Shown: positions 1 to 15,960 of the stretch, one piece after another
Layout of the letters: every line of letters begins with the position of its first letter
Position numbering within the stretch: the stretch's first letter is position 1
DNA from: the human T2T-CHM13v2.0 reference genome, Homo sapiens
Assembly: GCF_009914755.1 (NCBI RefSeq)
Contig: NC_060930.1
DNA length: 64,000 nt
Strand: one strand, 5' to 3'
Made by a program: the position numbers and the translations under genes
Notes under the pieces: generated by a model
The model's database searches: none
Seen by the model: the letters and a program-made list of their open reading frames with translations, nothing else
Told to the model about the DNA's origin: nothing

Positions 1-309
1 TTACTTGGTTACCTGATATTCACACTTGTCAGATGTAAACCCAAGGGCCTTTCATGCTCTTAGATTCCAAAAGGTGGCTTCTTCAGGAAACCTGCACCAG
101 CTCTTAAGGACCTGTATCTCCACAACCCCCACCTGGGGGAGCTCCAGGGACAAGGAGCTGAATACACATATATGTGCTCTGAAGAAAGACATGTTTGCTT
201 GCATTGCTGGGCAGTATGATAGAAAAATCAATTTGATCCATCTTTTCCATTTCTGTCCTAAGCAGCAATCTTGGTCCAACTGTTAAGTATGTCATGCCAC
301 CCCAAACTG

Positions 310-508
310 GGATAGTATTTACTATGTGCAGACACTACTGAAAGCATTTTACTAATAATAGCTCATTTATTCTTCATAATAATCTAATGAGGTAGGTACA
401 GGTATGATTCCCATTTTAGAGACAAGAAAACTAAGGCACAGAGATGTTAAGTAACTGCCCAGTTGCTCTGCTGGGACTCAAACTCAGGCTCAGACTCTGT
501 ATGCTTTG
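310..508 (-). mobile_element. MIR SINE
   Basis: Reverse complement of the MIR core (cccattttagagacaagaaaactaaggcacagagatgttaagtaactgccc) preceded by the MIR tail. Confidence 0.85.
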
Positions 509-1123
509 GGATCCAGCCCTGCCCTTACCCTGGTATAAATCTCCTGGATAAACAATTGCAGTGACTCTGTCCACCCTAGCCTTTTCTTTTGTAAACTAGA
601 CATTGCTCCCCTTCAGCACATATGTGGCTCTAAGTGTCTCTTTCAGGGCATCTGCTTATTCCCCCTTCAATGATTCCTTTCAGCCAAGATAAATGCCAAG
701 GGGCCACGAGCACATAGGCCTTCCAAACCGCCCAAGAATTGATTATTGTGACATCTAAGTCTTCTACATATTTTCTGTTGGGTGGTGTCATTTAACCTAT
801 TGTAATATTCAGAAGGACATGGATATGCTGTGTAACTTCACATTTTCAATTTCAATGTCCCGTTGAAGCACTTGATACCCCTCCATGTAACTGAACCATA
901 GATAATAAAATCAGTGGCTATTATAATACTTCAAATATTTGTTCTTAGGCATAGTGAAGGTGTCCTTTCCCCGTTGGCCCAAAGTTTCTGATTCACCCTG
1001 CTCAGGCTGAGCATTACTTTAGGATCCTAGACAATTCTTTTATCTGCCTTTTACGTTAGATCCTCAATCCAAGTAAACTTTGAAAATACATCAACAACGG
1101 TTAAAAGAAACACCCACCTCCCC

Positions 1124-1435
1124 AGTTGGGTGCAGTGGTTCACGTCTATAATCCCAGCACTTTGGGAGGCTGAGGCAGGATCTCAAGACCAGGCTGGGCA
1201 ACATAAAGAGACCTCATCTCTACAAAAAAAGAAGAAAAAAGAAAGAAAGAAAACTAGCTGGGTGTGTTGGCACATGCCTGAAGTCCCAGCTACTCAAGAG
1301 GCTGAGCGAGAAGGATCACTTGAGCCCAGGAGGTTGAGGCTGCATGGAGCTGTGACCGCACCACTGCACTCCAGCCTAAGTGACAGAGCAAGACTCTGTC
1401 TCAGAAAAAAAAAAAAAAAAGGAAAGAAAGAAAAA
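1124..1435 (+). mobile_element. AluJ with internal deletion in the left arm
   Basis: Dimeric Alu; J-type right arm (ggatcacttgagcccaggaggttgaggctgca); left arm jumps from gaggcagga to tctcaagacc; A-rich linker and tail. Confidence 0.93.
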
Positions 1436-2627
1436 CCCCCTATTATAAACAGGAACTAGCATCCATATGTAGAAACATAGTTCTGGTCTCTTGAGAGAGA
1501 CCAAGCCAGTTTGTGTTGACAATTTGCAAAGTGACCCACTGAACCAGCTCACCTTTCCACCCCTTCTGAAGCCTCCTGGGAGACATACTCCACATGCTAC
1601 CACCACCCCACCACATGGAAAACCTGATTTAACAATCAAAGAACTTTGGAGACATCCTTATTAGTCATGCTAATTCAGATTAGGGGAAAAAAAGTAAATG
1701 AATTACATGAGAGATTATTTAAAACCCAAATATATCTGGGTTAATTGGCCACTTATGATTCATCAATAGCTTGGTATTTCTGTAACATATGAGAGTTGCA
1801 TGCATTTGGGGTGAGAACTGTTAACAAGCTAACAAGCTCCTGAACGAGATTTTGATGAAATTTACACTTCTATAACTGAACCAAACCCTTTATTTTAAAA
1901 AAATAACCAATTTAGCTGTCAACATAAAATATTCATTTTGTCATTCATATAAGTAATGATCTCCAGCAAACGAGATAGTTTACTTTTTGACGTGAATTTC
2001 ATTAGTTACTTTTTCTTCCTCCCTAGTTCCAGGCAGGATTGTGACAGCTGTCCAGGGGCCCCAATTAAACATCTAAACTGGTCCATATTATGCCCACCAA
2101 AGCACTTTAAAATCATCACCTAAAAACAGCCTTCACCAAACAGCTCATCAAAGCCTTCAGCTACGAACACAAGCTGTAAAACCCATTTACACGGGCCACC
2201 AAGTTAAGAACCTTTCACACTGGCAGGTGGGGAAGAGAAGGCAAGCAGATCAAAGATATTTGGGCCACCCACTTCTTTATTAAAGGAAAAACAACTACAA
2301 CTTTCAGATAAGCTAGCTCTCTGGGATGGCATTTCTTCTTGGGTCTAGCCTATCTGTTCACTGGACACAAAGGTGGTTCTCAGGTATCTGGCATGGGTCT
2401 TCCTCAGACCTCCCAACCTGCCCTCACCTGCCAATCAGGGAGCAGCAGCAGTCCCTCAGACTGTCAGACACACTTGAGAAATTCAGAGACATGCTCAGTA
2501 GTGAGTCTATTTGGGAGGAGACAGCATCTTGCACGTTCAGTCTCTTCATGATGGTACTTTGACTGGCTATCGTGATGCCAGTTTCTACCTTTTGATAAAC
2601 TTTCCCCAGAGTCATGAATTCATTCTA

Positions 2628-3050
<423 letters not shown>

Positions 3051-4212
3051 TTATTGCTTTTCTTGTTACTTCCTGTGACCAAAATTGACCCAATGGGACC
3101 TGATGAAGAAACTTTGTTGCAAAGAAAACTCAAAAAGAAAACATCAGAAACAAATTATTAAACGTCAGACAAGGTATACATCCTGTTATAATCACAATTA
3201 GGATTATTCTTCGAAATCTCATCACTCTTTTTCTGCAAAACAGGAGGAAAGTTATTTCAGTCTGTCCAGATAAAACTGCCTCCATTTTCTGTAATGGCAA
3301 TTTTGACTTGAGATGCCAGATAGATTTTGTCTGGTGAATTGGCTGGGGTTTTCTCTTTGTAAAAAGCTTTAATACTCTAAGACCTTCTGTTTTGTGAGAT
3401 TTGGTAGAAGTACTTTGCAGGAATTAGTTAGGGTTGCTCAATATTCTAGAGGAGCTGAGGCAAGATTTTTAAGATCTTGTTGGGTGAGGTAGGAAGGGTT
3501 GGTGAATGATTGTGTCCTTATAGGAGGTTGATTAGATTCTGGTGGGCTATTGATCTGGATTATACTGTTGGATGGGTTGTGATAAATGGATTATGTAAAT
3601 TATGTCTTTGACAGTCCTCTAATCTTAGAGACTATTCCCAAATTTTAGCAGAAAACCCTGCTTTCTACAGCTTCCTTCTTCCTCCCTCTGTCTCACTCTC
3701 TCCCTTTCTCTCTCTCTCTTATGCCCTTTCACTAAATGATATCCAGAAAGTACATGGATATTTATGAGCCCTTTCTTAAGACAATTTTGTATTTATTTCA
3801 AAAATTTTACATACAAGGAAAGATGTTGATTTATTTAAATTAGTGAAAGAAAATTCTGCAGAGTACACACTTCAACTACAATTCCAATTACTTTTTTCCT
3901 TCTGTCATCACAATCATTTGAAAATTATAGAAGTCTCAGCACCAAAGTTTGCAAACTCAAGAAATGGAGTATTTTCACAAATATATGCTTTAAAAATAGA
4001 AACAAACATTACTTTAAGCCATCTCATTTTAAAGGTAATACAGATGGTCCAAATACAGTCTTCAGAATTATTATTTTGTAATAAACATATTGTGCCACAG
4101 TGCTATTCCAAATAAGTTACTTTCTGATAATAAGATTTTTCAACATATGTCTCGTTAGAATTGGCTCTGCTGTACCTTCCAGTGGACATAAATTCTGTTC
4201 TTCCCCTCAGAC

Positions 4213-4412
4213 CTGAGCTTTTCAGTACAATAACCACTAGTCATATGTGGTTACTTTAATTTAACATAAATTAAATTAAAAATTTAGTTTCTCAGTTGCA
4301 CTAGTCACATTTCAGATGCTCAAAGGCCACATGTAGTTAGCGGCTACCTTATTGGATGGCACAGATTATCAAACATTTCCTTTATTGCAGAAACTTCTGC
4401 TAGACAATACTG
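4213..4412 (-). mobile_element. MER3 (hAT-Charlie) DNA transposon
   Basis: accactagtcatatgtgg...ttgcactagtcacatttca...gccacatgtagttagcggctacc...gcagaaacttctgctagacaatactg matches the MER3 consensus in reverse. Confidence 0.85.
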
Positions 4413-5009
4413 CCTTAGCTGAAGTCATGAGTTCTTTCACATCAGAGATTATGGCTAGTCTTTGGTAGGAATAGAGCAATTTTATAGGACAATAACATTT
4501 AGTCCTAAAGCATTCAAAGTCCAATTTTCTCATTCCATTTTGCGGTTACAAATTTCTCCAATTTTGATTTAATAGTTACCTAACCATACTTCCTATCTCC
4601 CCAACTAAGCTGAAAGCCTCTTAAGAATAGGGACCACTTATAAAAAACCATTGCCTCCCAGATTAGTAAGTACAAAACTTTTTTTTAATGTCTTGAGTTG
4701 AATTAAAGTGTAACATAGCCTACCTACTTACTCCAATGCTATGCATCGTGGGCTCTCAGTTGATTACAGCAACCCTTTCAGGAAGGGCACTGATTGCTTA
4801 GCAAGGCAAAGGAGGGAGAGTAGGTGCCATGCCTGTGTTCCAGGCAGTTAAACTCCCCTTTGCTCCTCCTGGGAGCCAAGTCACAGGGAAGAAGCTCTAA
4901 AACCCCATTCTCACTATTGGAAAGCTGGGCTCTTGTTTAATTTTCCAGCCCAAAAAAAAAAAGTTCTCAGCTTCACCTCACCTGACAATCACTTTTTTAA
5001 CACGGAAAT

Positions 5010-5490
5010 GTATTCATTCTACAAATGGGTATTAAAAACCTTTTTTATGCCAAGAATTGTGCTTGACAGTGGAGACAGGACAGAATAAGGCAGGAAGATA
5101 ACAAACAAGCACAAACCAATATTTCACTTAAACCTGTGAAATGCTACAATAGAACAGAACACAGTGGTCTCATAAAGGATTATGAGAGTGAAGGGGCAAA
5201 CCTTAGATTCAGGTAGCAGGCAAGGCATCTTGAAAGGGAGACATACAGATTGAAGCCAGAGGATGAGAAGAGCTAGCCACACAAAGAGCCAGGTGAAAGA
5301 AAAAGCAAACGCAAAGGCATTGAACTACTGAGGATGGTTTGATCAAGGAATTAAGAGGGAACCAGCATGGCCCAACACAGTGCAGAGAAAAGTGAAGGAG
5401 GTGAGGAAGGCAGTGACCATATCATGCCATATTATGGCCATATTGCACATGGCCTTAATGGCCATGACAATCAGCTAAGATTTTAAGCGC
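5010..5490 (-). mobile_element. L2 LINE 3' fragment
   Basis: Starts with the reverse-complement L2 tail (tattcattctacaaat...tatgccaag...tgtgct) followed by the purine-rich L2 body. Confidence 0.65.
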
Positions 5491-5779
5491 TTTGAAAAGC
5501 CCCTGAAATGTCTAGATCAGGGAATAATATAAAGACTGGATGAGTGAGTGGGTGCGTGAATGAATGAATGAACCTACTTAGTCCTGAGAAGCAAGAGTAT
5601 TTAAAATGAAAGGAATCATATTCTTCTGTAAGGTGTTTGCTTTCCTTAAATAAATACTGCATTTCCTCTTTATTCAACTCTGCTTTTTCTTTTGGATTAG
5701 AGGGGTGATATATTTGACTGGGACTTTGGAAGTGACTTAAAGATATATCTACATTCACTTTTTAAAGAAAGCAACATTA

Positions 5780-5992
5780 ACTGGAAGGCTTCCCTGACCC
5801 CTTCAGGCAGAATCAGGTCTTCTCTCCTCTGTGCTCCTGCACTGCTTAGCACATTCCTCTATGGAAGAGTTATCACTTTGAATTACAAGGAAGTATTTTA
5901 ACAGGCTGTGAGCACGATGAGCACACCTCTGCCACTGCACTTCCTAACTCAGTGCCCAACACACAGTTGGCCCTCGATAGATGCTTTTGAAA
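5780..5992 (+). mobile_element. L2 LINE 3' fragment
   Basis: ggaaggcttccctgaccc...ctctgtgctcctgcac...cagtgcccaacacacagttggccctcgatagatgc resembles the L2 3' end. Confidence 0.65.
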
Positions 5993-6517
5993 GGAGTAAA
6001 AAAAAAAAAAGAGAAGAAGATGGAGGTCTTCTTAAGGAAATGCAGACTCAAAACCCAGTTTCTATGCTAATTAGCACTAAAAGAAGATTAATTTACTGTC
6101 TCTGTAATCAGCTTCTCTGACCTGATTATATTTTGGAGTCCTGAGCATCTCTGCTAATATTATTATTTATGCAGCATGTAAATTAAGACAACTCTTAGAA
6201 AACTGAGAGGTTTGAATTCCTGTTCTATAATACAAGGCTTCTTAATTAATTCGAAGTACCTTTTTGTAAATAATAACCTAAGAAGCACCAGTAGTTTTGT
6301 TGAGCAGTTCCCGTTCTGTGTCCTTTATTTACCCAAAATGTGGTATTTGATCCTCCTGTCCATGGAAGGTAGTCAGGACAAGCATTCTTATCCCTATCTC
6401 ATAAATGAAAACATAGCCCTTCCAAAAGAAAATTTATTTAAAGTTACCCAGCTTGTATGTGGAGGAGCCAATGGTATAAGAACCCGTTTCCTAAAACCCT
6501 CTTCTTTCTTGATATCA

Positions 6518-6717
6518 CAATGTTTTCAAGGTGTATCCTGGATCAGCAGCAGCCTCACCTGCGAAACTGTTAGAAATGCAAATTCTAGGCCCCAACCCCA
6601 AACTTACTCAATCAAAAACTTGGGGGTGGGGGCTGGAGGAGGAGGGAAGGGAGAACCAGCCATGTCTAACAAGCCCTCCAGGTGATTCTAATGCACACTG
6701 AAGCTTGAGAAGCATTG
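6518..6717 (+). mobile_element. MER5A (hAT-Charlie)
   Basis: cagcagcagcctcacctg...gttagaaatgcaaattct...aacaagccctccaggtgattctaatgcacactgaagcttgagaagcattg. Confidence 0.9.
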
Positions 6718-8144
6718 CTCTAGGTGATGTTTTTAAAAAGATTAATAGCAAAAAAAAAAAGATTCAAGCTCTATATATAATTCATTTCATGTAATACAAA
6801 ATTGCTTAAAATGAAGTTAAAATCGTGCTCAAAATTTTGGATATATTCATGATCAATTCATGATTTATTATTTTGTTAGATTGTCACATTAAACACTGTG
6901 CAAGGACATAAAATTTTTGCCTTATGTTATACTATTAAGCATTTTGTCACAATTTTCCAATTACAGTTAAGCTTGAATGAAGTAATTGTGATAAATTCAA
7001 AATTGCACTTAATCTGATCCCATAAACATTAATATCAACTTTAGTGCCTATGGCTTGACCATCACACTTATAAGGGAAAAAGAACGTAGCAAAAATTATA
7101 CTACAGGGTTCATTTCAGGAAGAGATGTTTATTGGTTAAATAGTGAAATAAATGGGGAAGGATAATGCAATTTTCCATACGTATGCCAAATGAAATCTTT
7201 GCTGAAGAAATTCATCCAAAAACGAAATTTGGCAGTTTTCCCCTGGAGAAGTCAGCTCAATTTGTTTAGGGTGACAGAGTCCTCGAATGATCCCTGACTT
7301 ACTGCCTTCAAGCAACTGAGAGCTAATCAAAGGTCTATGAAAGGGTCTTAGAAAGATTCTACTTGCAGCTATAGAAGCAACGTGTGCTATTAACATATAG
7401 AGCAGAATAAGCCATTGAAACTGTGTAGGAAAAGGAGCAAATAGTCTTCCAGTGGATTTCAATTATCAAATATTCTTAATTTAGGGGAAACTTGCTTAAA
7501 GGTGGTATGCTAATGAACCTAATGCACTCCAGCATTGTTGCACAGCAGCATTTGTGGTCTAAGTTGAGAATTTTGAGTCTTCATTTTGAAACTTTACTAC
7601 ATTTTTTAAAGAAATTCAGATGTGCTACCAAATGAGGAAAAGAGATCAGCGTCAAACCTAGAGCCAACTCACAATATTTTGGAGCTGATGATCCAGGCTA
7701 AACATTATGGCCTTTTTACATTTATGCCTTTAAACACTTAGCAACGAAATGACCTCCTTTTTCTGCCTGCCTCTTCTTTCCCCCCACCCCCTTAAATATA
7801 AGGAATTTCAACAAGCTGTTAATACTCCTTGATTAACTTTGGCAGATTCTACAGTCTCTAAATCATTTTCATGGTGGCACATTGCATTCTAGGACAGGTT
7901 ATCAGTTTTGTATCCCAGTGACAGTCTTGTCCTTTTCCACATACATCCTTTTCTCTCTTCCCAAGGAGAATTGATCCTAACAATAAAGTGGAAAAATATT
8001 TGAGGAAAGTGGCTAAAAGCTTTGAGTGCTGACAAACACAAAAGTCTGGGCTAAAATAAATACCTGTGATTACTTATAGACTCATCTACAATACAATGTT
8101 TAATATGAAGTTAGCCCTCAATTAAAATTGGAATAGGTGAAAAA

Positions 8145-8390
8145 TAATAGTATTTATGTCTTTTATTGATACTTCTGTGTACCAGGCCCATTTCTAAGCA
8201 GTTGACCAACATTATTTTATTTAACCTTCACAACAACACTTCATAGACAGGTGGCATCATTTCCATTCTATAGCTGGAAACTGAAACTTAGAAAGAAGCT
8301 GTGCATTAATAACGAAAGCAGGACCTGTGGGAGAAACTTCAAACCCAGGTGTTGCTGACTTCAGAGTCTATGCTCCTTTTACTATACCAC
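8145..8390 (-). mobile_element. MIR SINE
   Basis: ttaaccttcacaacaacacttcatagacagg...ccattctatagctggaaactgaaacttaga...aaacccagg...gacttcagagtctatgctc. Confidence 0.75.
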
Positions 8391-9249
8391 AATGAATAAA
8401 GGACTCCAGTGACAGTTGAGAGAACAGATGTCAAGAGCTCCCTTTCTCATAGCAGGCTGATTTGGAGGAGGCTCATGATTAATAAAATGTCTCCTGCACT
8501 GTCCTGGTTAAAGTTATGATGTTGCCAGCACTGGAGTAAACTCCTCCTATGGGTCAAAGCCTTTTTTCTCCTAGATGCTACAGTGCAGACTGTTTACTTG
8601 AGATGGGACCTGAAGAACCCAGTTACATCTTCAATTGAGTGCAATAATCACTAAGCTTCCATAAACAAGAGGGGGTGAGGAAAGGTGTGGAAGAGTCCTG
8701 AGGAGGATGGCTGGAAGTTTGGGCTGGGGAAAGCAGAGGCCATCAAGAATGCAGGGGATCCCAGAAGAAGCAGAGGTGGTGGGGCAGGGTTACTTTACCT
8801 AATTGGACATTTTGCTGTCATTCAGCAATACTAATAATATTTGCAAGAGCAGACTCAAAACTTCCCAAAATACCTAACTTATATAGTACAACTTTCCTGG
8901 TAATCAACATGTTTTGAGCATAAAAGGGCAATAATGCATTGGCAGAGTGGTATAAGAGAACACAAAGGATTATCTTTTACATTTTTTGTCTAGATATTTC
9001 ATATTTTCTAAGTAAAAATCCAATAAAGACTAATCTAGGCTAATTTTAATTAGGGTAACACTATACACATTTTGCTCACATCGGCAGAATAGAAGTTTGC
9101 AGAGAAGAAAAAAATGTGCATTCTAAACAAATTGTGGATTTGTTTCAAGTCACAAAATTATTAAATCTCCCTTTGGAATACTATGGTCCTCTAGAAAAAA
9201 AATATTTTATGGTACTGAGACATAACTCCAAGAAAAGGGAGTGCCTCGA

Positions 9250-10430
9250 TTATTCCTTTAACAAATGTATATTGAACATTTCTTATATGATAGGCACTGA
9301 AATAAATTTAAAAATGAATAAGACCATCCACTTCAACAGTCTATGTGAAGACACACCTACATGAACAATTGCAATATAATTTAACAGAGGTTGTACTAAA
9401 GTTTGTGCAGGGCCCTACTGGAACAAGAAGGGAGTTGCTTACTTAGCCTATCTTGGAAAAAAATTCACCAGAGAAAGGACATTTGAGCTGCTATCTATGT
9501 GCAAATTTCCAGAGATGAGACAATATGTGGCCTGTCTGGAGAATAGTGTGAAAGTCCATATGCACATAGAAAAAGAGTTTTTTATTTATTTAACATTGTC
9601 TAACTAACATTTACTCTTCGAAGCTCTTTACATGCATTGACTTACTTAATCTTCAAAATTTCCAAACCGAATTTTACAGATAAAAAACTAAGGTTTAGAT
9701 AAGCTAAATAACATGTTCAAGGTCTCACTTGGGCAAAACTAACCCACAAATCCAGATAGCCAGGCTCTAGCACATATGTTCTAACTACTACCCAGCACTG
9801 CCCATACTGCTAACACATGAGGATGGAAATGTAAGTTGTGAAAGGCTTCATATATTCTGCAACAGGGTTTGAGCTTGATAGTGTGTGTCCACCAAAGGTT
9901 TTAAGGCAGAAAAATAACACCATCATATCGTGGTTACAGAAATGTTACTCTGGTGTCAGAATAAAGAATGGATTGGAGACCAAGGAAACCAAAATCTAGA
10001 AGACCTGTTAATAATACTTTGTTTCAAAGGCACAGGTAAGACATGGTGAGGGTTTTAATTGTGATGATGGATCTGCATAGGAAGAAAGAGAATAAGAAAA
10101 TATTTAGTGGTACTATTAACAGGGTTTTGTGACCCTGGGAACACTAGGTGGAGGGTGAGGGGAAGATCAGTCCAGTTTGACACAATTTCTAGCCTGAGTA
10201 ACTGGAGAGAGGGTGAGTCCTTTGGTTACACATTAACCGAAGTGGAAATGTGAGAAAAGGGAAAATTGGTTAAGGTGGTTAGTAAGTTCACATGGTAGTA
10301 TGTTGAGTTTGAGGTAATCCTAGGAATACAGTACTTTAAGGAGAGACGATGCCTAGAGATATGAATGTGCTTGTCATCGTCTTAGATTTAGCTAGAGTCA
10401 TGGAGTCATGTGAACTTAGTGGTGATGATA
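9250..10430 (-). mobile_element. L2 LINE fragments with a nested MIR (about 9590-9810)
   Basis: L2 tail tattcctttaacaaatgtatattgaacatttcttatatgataggcactg; MIR core attttacagataaaaaactaaggtttaga. Confidence 0.65.
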
Positions 10431-10594
10431 AATTTCAAGCAAAGGTGAAAGAAGAGATCACTTAGAAGGAAACCCTTGGTGATTATTTTAATAGCTAAAT
10501 AATCACTATATTATTTTCAAGTAAGCAACAAAGAAATCTAATATGCACATTCTCAGCCAAAGTCAGTAATTCCAAGATAGAATCTTTTCTAATG

Positions 10595-11317
<723 letters not shown>

Positions 11318-12039
11318 TCTACCTTTCTTTTTCAATGAGAGCAAGTTCAGATCATTTAACAAATGGTATTAGTATGTATTTTTCAAATAAGTGAAAATTG
11401 CCCCAATTAAGCAAGCACTGACACTTAACAATTCTCAGCTTGAGACTTGTCTCCACTAATTACACGAGAGAAGAATATTTGTATTACTGATAAATCACTA
11501 ACTATCATTAAAAGTCATATTTTTCAAACACAAAAATGCTAGGTTTTATTAGAAATACTTTTTCAACAATATAAACATGAATCTACGTGTATGAGAAAAG
11601 TATACAGACTTTAACACTATGACAAGATAAGCAAAACTTACACTTTGTATCCAAGTCTCTCTTCCTGTAGTTTACATGAATCCAGAAACAACCAGAGCAG
11701 GAATCATCTATGAATCTCACAGCCAGCACTGGCTAATTTGACCCCAAATGCATGGCAGTGGTTTAAAAGGCAGAACCATGGAAATGAGTGACAGCTCCCT
11801 GGTTATCTTAATTCTTTCTTTGGCTATTCGTCATTCCACTAGTTAGATTTCAGTGAATATCAAAACTATTGGCAATACAAGTACTACAAGAGATATTATT
11901 TTGCACTTAAAATTTTAAATTTAAAAATTTTTTAAACAAAATTTTAAATATTTGACATAGAGGACAGGTATAGCCATATTGCCAATGCCACCAACTCAAA
12001 GGGTCAATAGTTTTTGCAGCTATAGCAGGTTGGAATCAC

Positions 12040-12745
<706 letters not shown>

Positions 12746-14439
12746 CCTATATTAGGTATTGATGATAATGTGTAATTTGGAGAATTGCTGTGTAGCACAG
12801 AAATAATGTATTTAACTCACCTAGCAGACTGGCTAGGTTACAACAGATGCTTAAAAGTGGTAACTATGTTTGTTATCATTGGAAATGCACAGAAAGTGGG
12901 AAATATTATGCGACTAGTAGATGAGAAAAGTCAGCATTATTGATTTCAATTTTTGGAATCACCTGCATAGCAGAAGTTCAAGTCAATAAACTTTTTGACC
13001 ACCTACTATACCCCAGGTATTGTGCTAAGTATTAGGAATAGATACAAGAATGACAAAGATGGAATCTTTCCTTTCACAAAACTCGGGGCAAATTACAGAA
13101 GAGAATGGAATGCTCAAAGGGCAGAAATTAAAGAAGAGAAAGAAAAGACTGCAACTTGGTGGACACTTTGTCAAACATGCAGGAAGAAAGAGGAGCCAAC
13201 AGAGTAAGCAAAGACAAACAAGGAAAGACACAACCAGTATCACAAAACCTAGACAAGCTTGGAGATGTTGCCACCAGAGGAGGGGTGTGTTTTAACAATG
13301 GTGAGTTGATCAACAGAGTTACCTAGAAAGAAAGTGAAAGATGAGTCAAAGCTAAGAAAATGTCAGATTACAGGCAACTTTCACCATTTGTATGTACAGC
13401 GAAGAGATCAGAAACTAGATTGCCTGGGACAAATGGCGAAGCAATTAGTAAGTAGTGTCCTCTGGGGTAAAGAATGTAACATAGCAAAAGTTTGGCAGGG
13501 TAAGGACAGAGAGAAATAAGTACAGCTTTCATATAGCAAGACCTAATACTTAAGACTCAAGGACATCAAGGACACAGATGAAAGATTTTCATCCTAACTC
13601 TCTACAAGAGAGAATCTAAAAATTGAACAAAGATCACTTTATTTACACCGGTGATATAATTTGCTTATCTATACATATGTACATGCAATTAAGGACCTCT
13701 TTTTATCAATTTTCTTCACCTTATAAGGAAATTGGACCAGTGTAGCATAAATTCATGATTGTAATTTCAAAAAGAATATTAAAGAATGTTATATGTTATG
13801 TTCCCATACTTGAGCTTTTCTTTCCTAGTAATATATTGCAGTAACGTTTTATTGTAAATTTAAGACAGCCATACAATGCCGGTTCTTTATTCCTTGTTTC
13901 AATATTAACCAATGTGTGTCTCTGGACAAATAACAGAGCATTTACAGCTTCTATTTTCTTACTTATAAAAGATGGTTGAAAATCTCCTTCATATTTAAAA
14001 AAGAAGAGGGAGTGTAACTGTCTCAGCATCATGTTGCCTTATGTAGAAGAATAAGCATTCCAAGCATTTAAAAATTAAGGAAAGCCCTAATTTGAAAATC
14101 AGTAAGCCTGATAATGTCATGTTTTAGATACTGGCATAAAGGTGGACACAGTCAGGTTGGTAGCCAGATTCACTGCTGGGTGACGTCACTATCAGAATAG
14201 ACAGAAAAAACGACACAAGTCCATGTGCAGGAGAGTACATAGCCATGTTCTCCAAATCACCAAAGGGAAAAATCCAGGTTGATGTTTACACTATTAATTG
14301 AGTTATTAGTTTATATAATGAATTGGGTCACAGATTTGATTTAACATGCACAACTGGTTCATAAAGATGTATAAAGATATGTTCATTTTCAACTAAAGAT
14401 AGGCAGATTACTATTATTTTTAATGATCATATTAAATGT

Positions 14440-15010
<571 letters not shown>

Positions 15011-15019
15011 TCTCTGCTA

Positions 15020-15960
15020 TAAATATTTATCTGCCCTTTACTATATTATTAGCATTGTACTGTGCACTGGGGCACAATAGTGAACAAGATAGATTGGGTC
15101 CCTGCCTCCATGGACTTTGTAAAGTAGTGGAAGATATAGACAAATAAGCAGTTGAAACACAGTATGCTAAGTGCTATAATGGAGGAGAGATAGTGTCCCC
15201 TGGGAGCACTTAGTAAGAGCACAAGTCAGATATTTTTGGCGGGAGAGGATACATCAGGAAAGAACCCCTTGATGCAATAAACAAGGGAAAGATGAATAAG
15301 TGGTCACCAGGAGAAAGGAAGTTGAAGGTGAAAGGATGAAGAGGAGGAGTGAAAAAGTAAGAATGTCCAAAAAAAAGAGAGAGCACGGAGCCTGAACTGA
15401 CAAAGCTATTCGTACTTATAGATTTGGAGAAAAAAGAGAAGAGGTGGGAGGTGAAACTGGAGATATGGGCAGAAGCCATATCCCATAGGGATTTATACCA
15501 TGTTTAAAAGTTTGGTTTCTGTCCTAAATCCAAAAACAATGCCGCTAAATGATGTTAGAAGAGAAAATGATATGGTGTACAAAGACCATTATGGCTGTTG
15601 TATGCAGCCTGGATAACAAGAGGACAAGAATAAAGGCAGCAGGACCAGTTAGCAAGTGAGTGCCATTAGGGAAGTAAAGGGTAATAATAGTGGCCTGATG
15701 TAAGGGAGTGGCAATGTGGGAAAATGAGAAGGACAAATTTAAAAGGTATTTAGGTAGGAAGCACAGAACCTAGGGATCGTGGTAAGGAGGGGAAGCGGAA
15801 AAAGAGCTGTCTGGATTGACTACCATATTTCTGATTTGACAAATGTTGGGTGTTTTCTTTTTTTTTTCTAGCAGGGCACAGCTTTCTGGTGTAGGAGTGG
15901 AGGATCCAAAGAGCTGAATTTAAGCAGGGTTGGGATTCTGCAGGTGTGTGGGACCCTGAA
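15020..15960 (-). mobile_element. L2 LINE fragment
   Basis: aaatatttatctgccctttactat...gtgaacaagatagattgggtccctgcctccatgga... followed by typical L2 body. Confidence 0.7.

Noticed and set aside
6576-6583. Perfect octamer ATGCAAAT (also 40755-40762)
   Set aside because: Part of the MER5A consensus; no evidence of co-option
6212-6685. Longest ORF (157 aa)
   Set aside because: Non-ATG start, runs through MIR and MER5A sequence, no recognisable domain
11907-11950. AT-only quasi-palindrome
   Set aside because: Low-complexity, perfect arm only 7 bp
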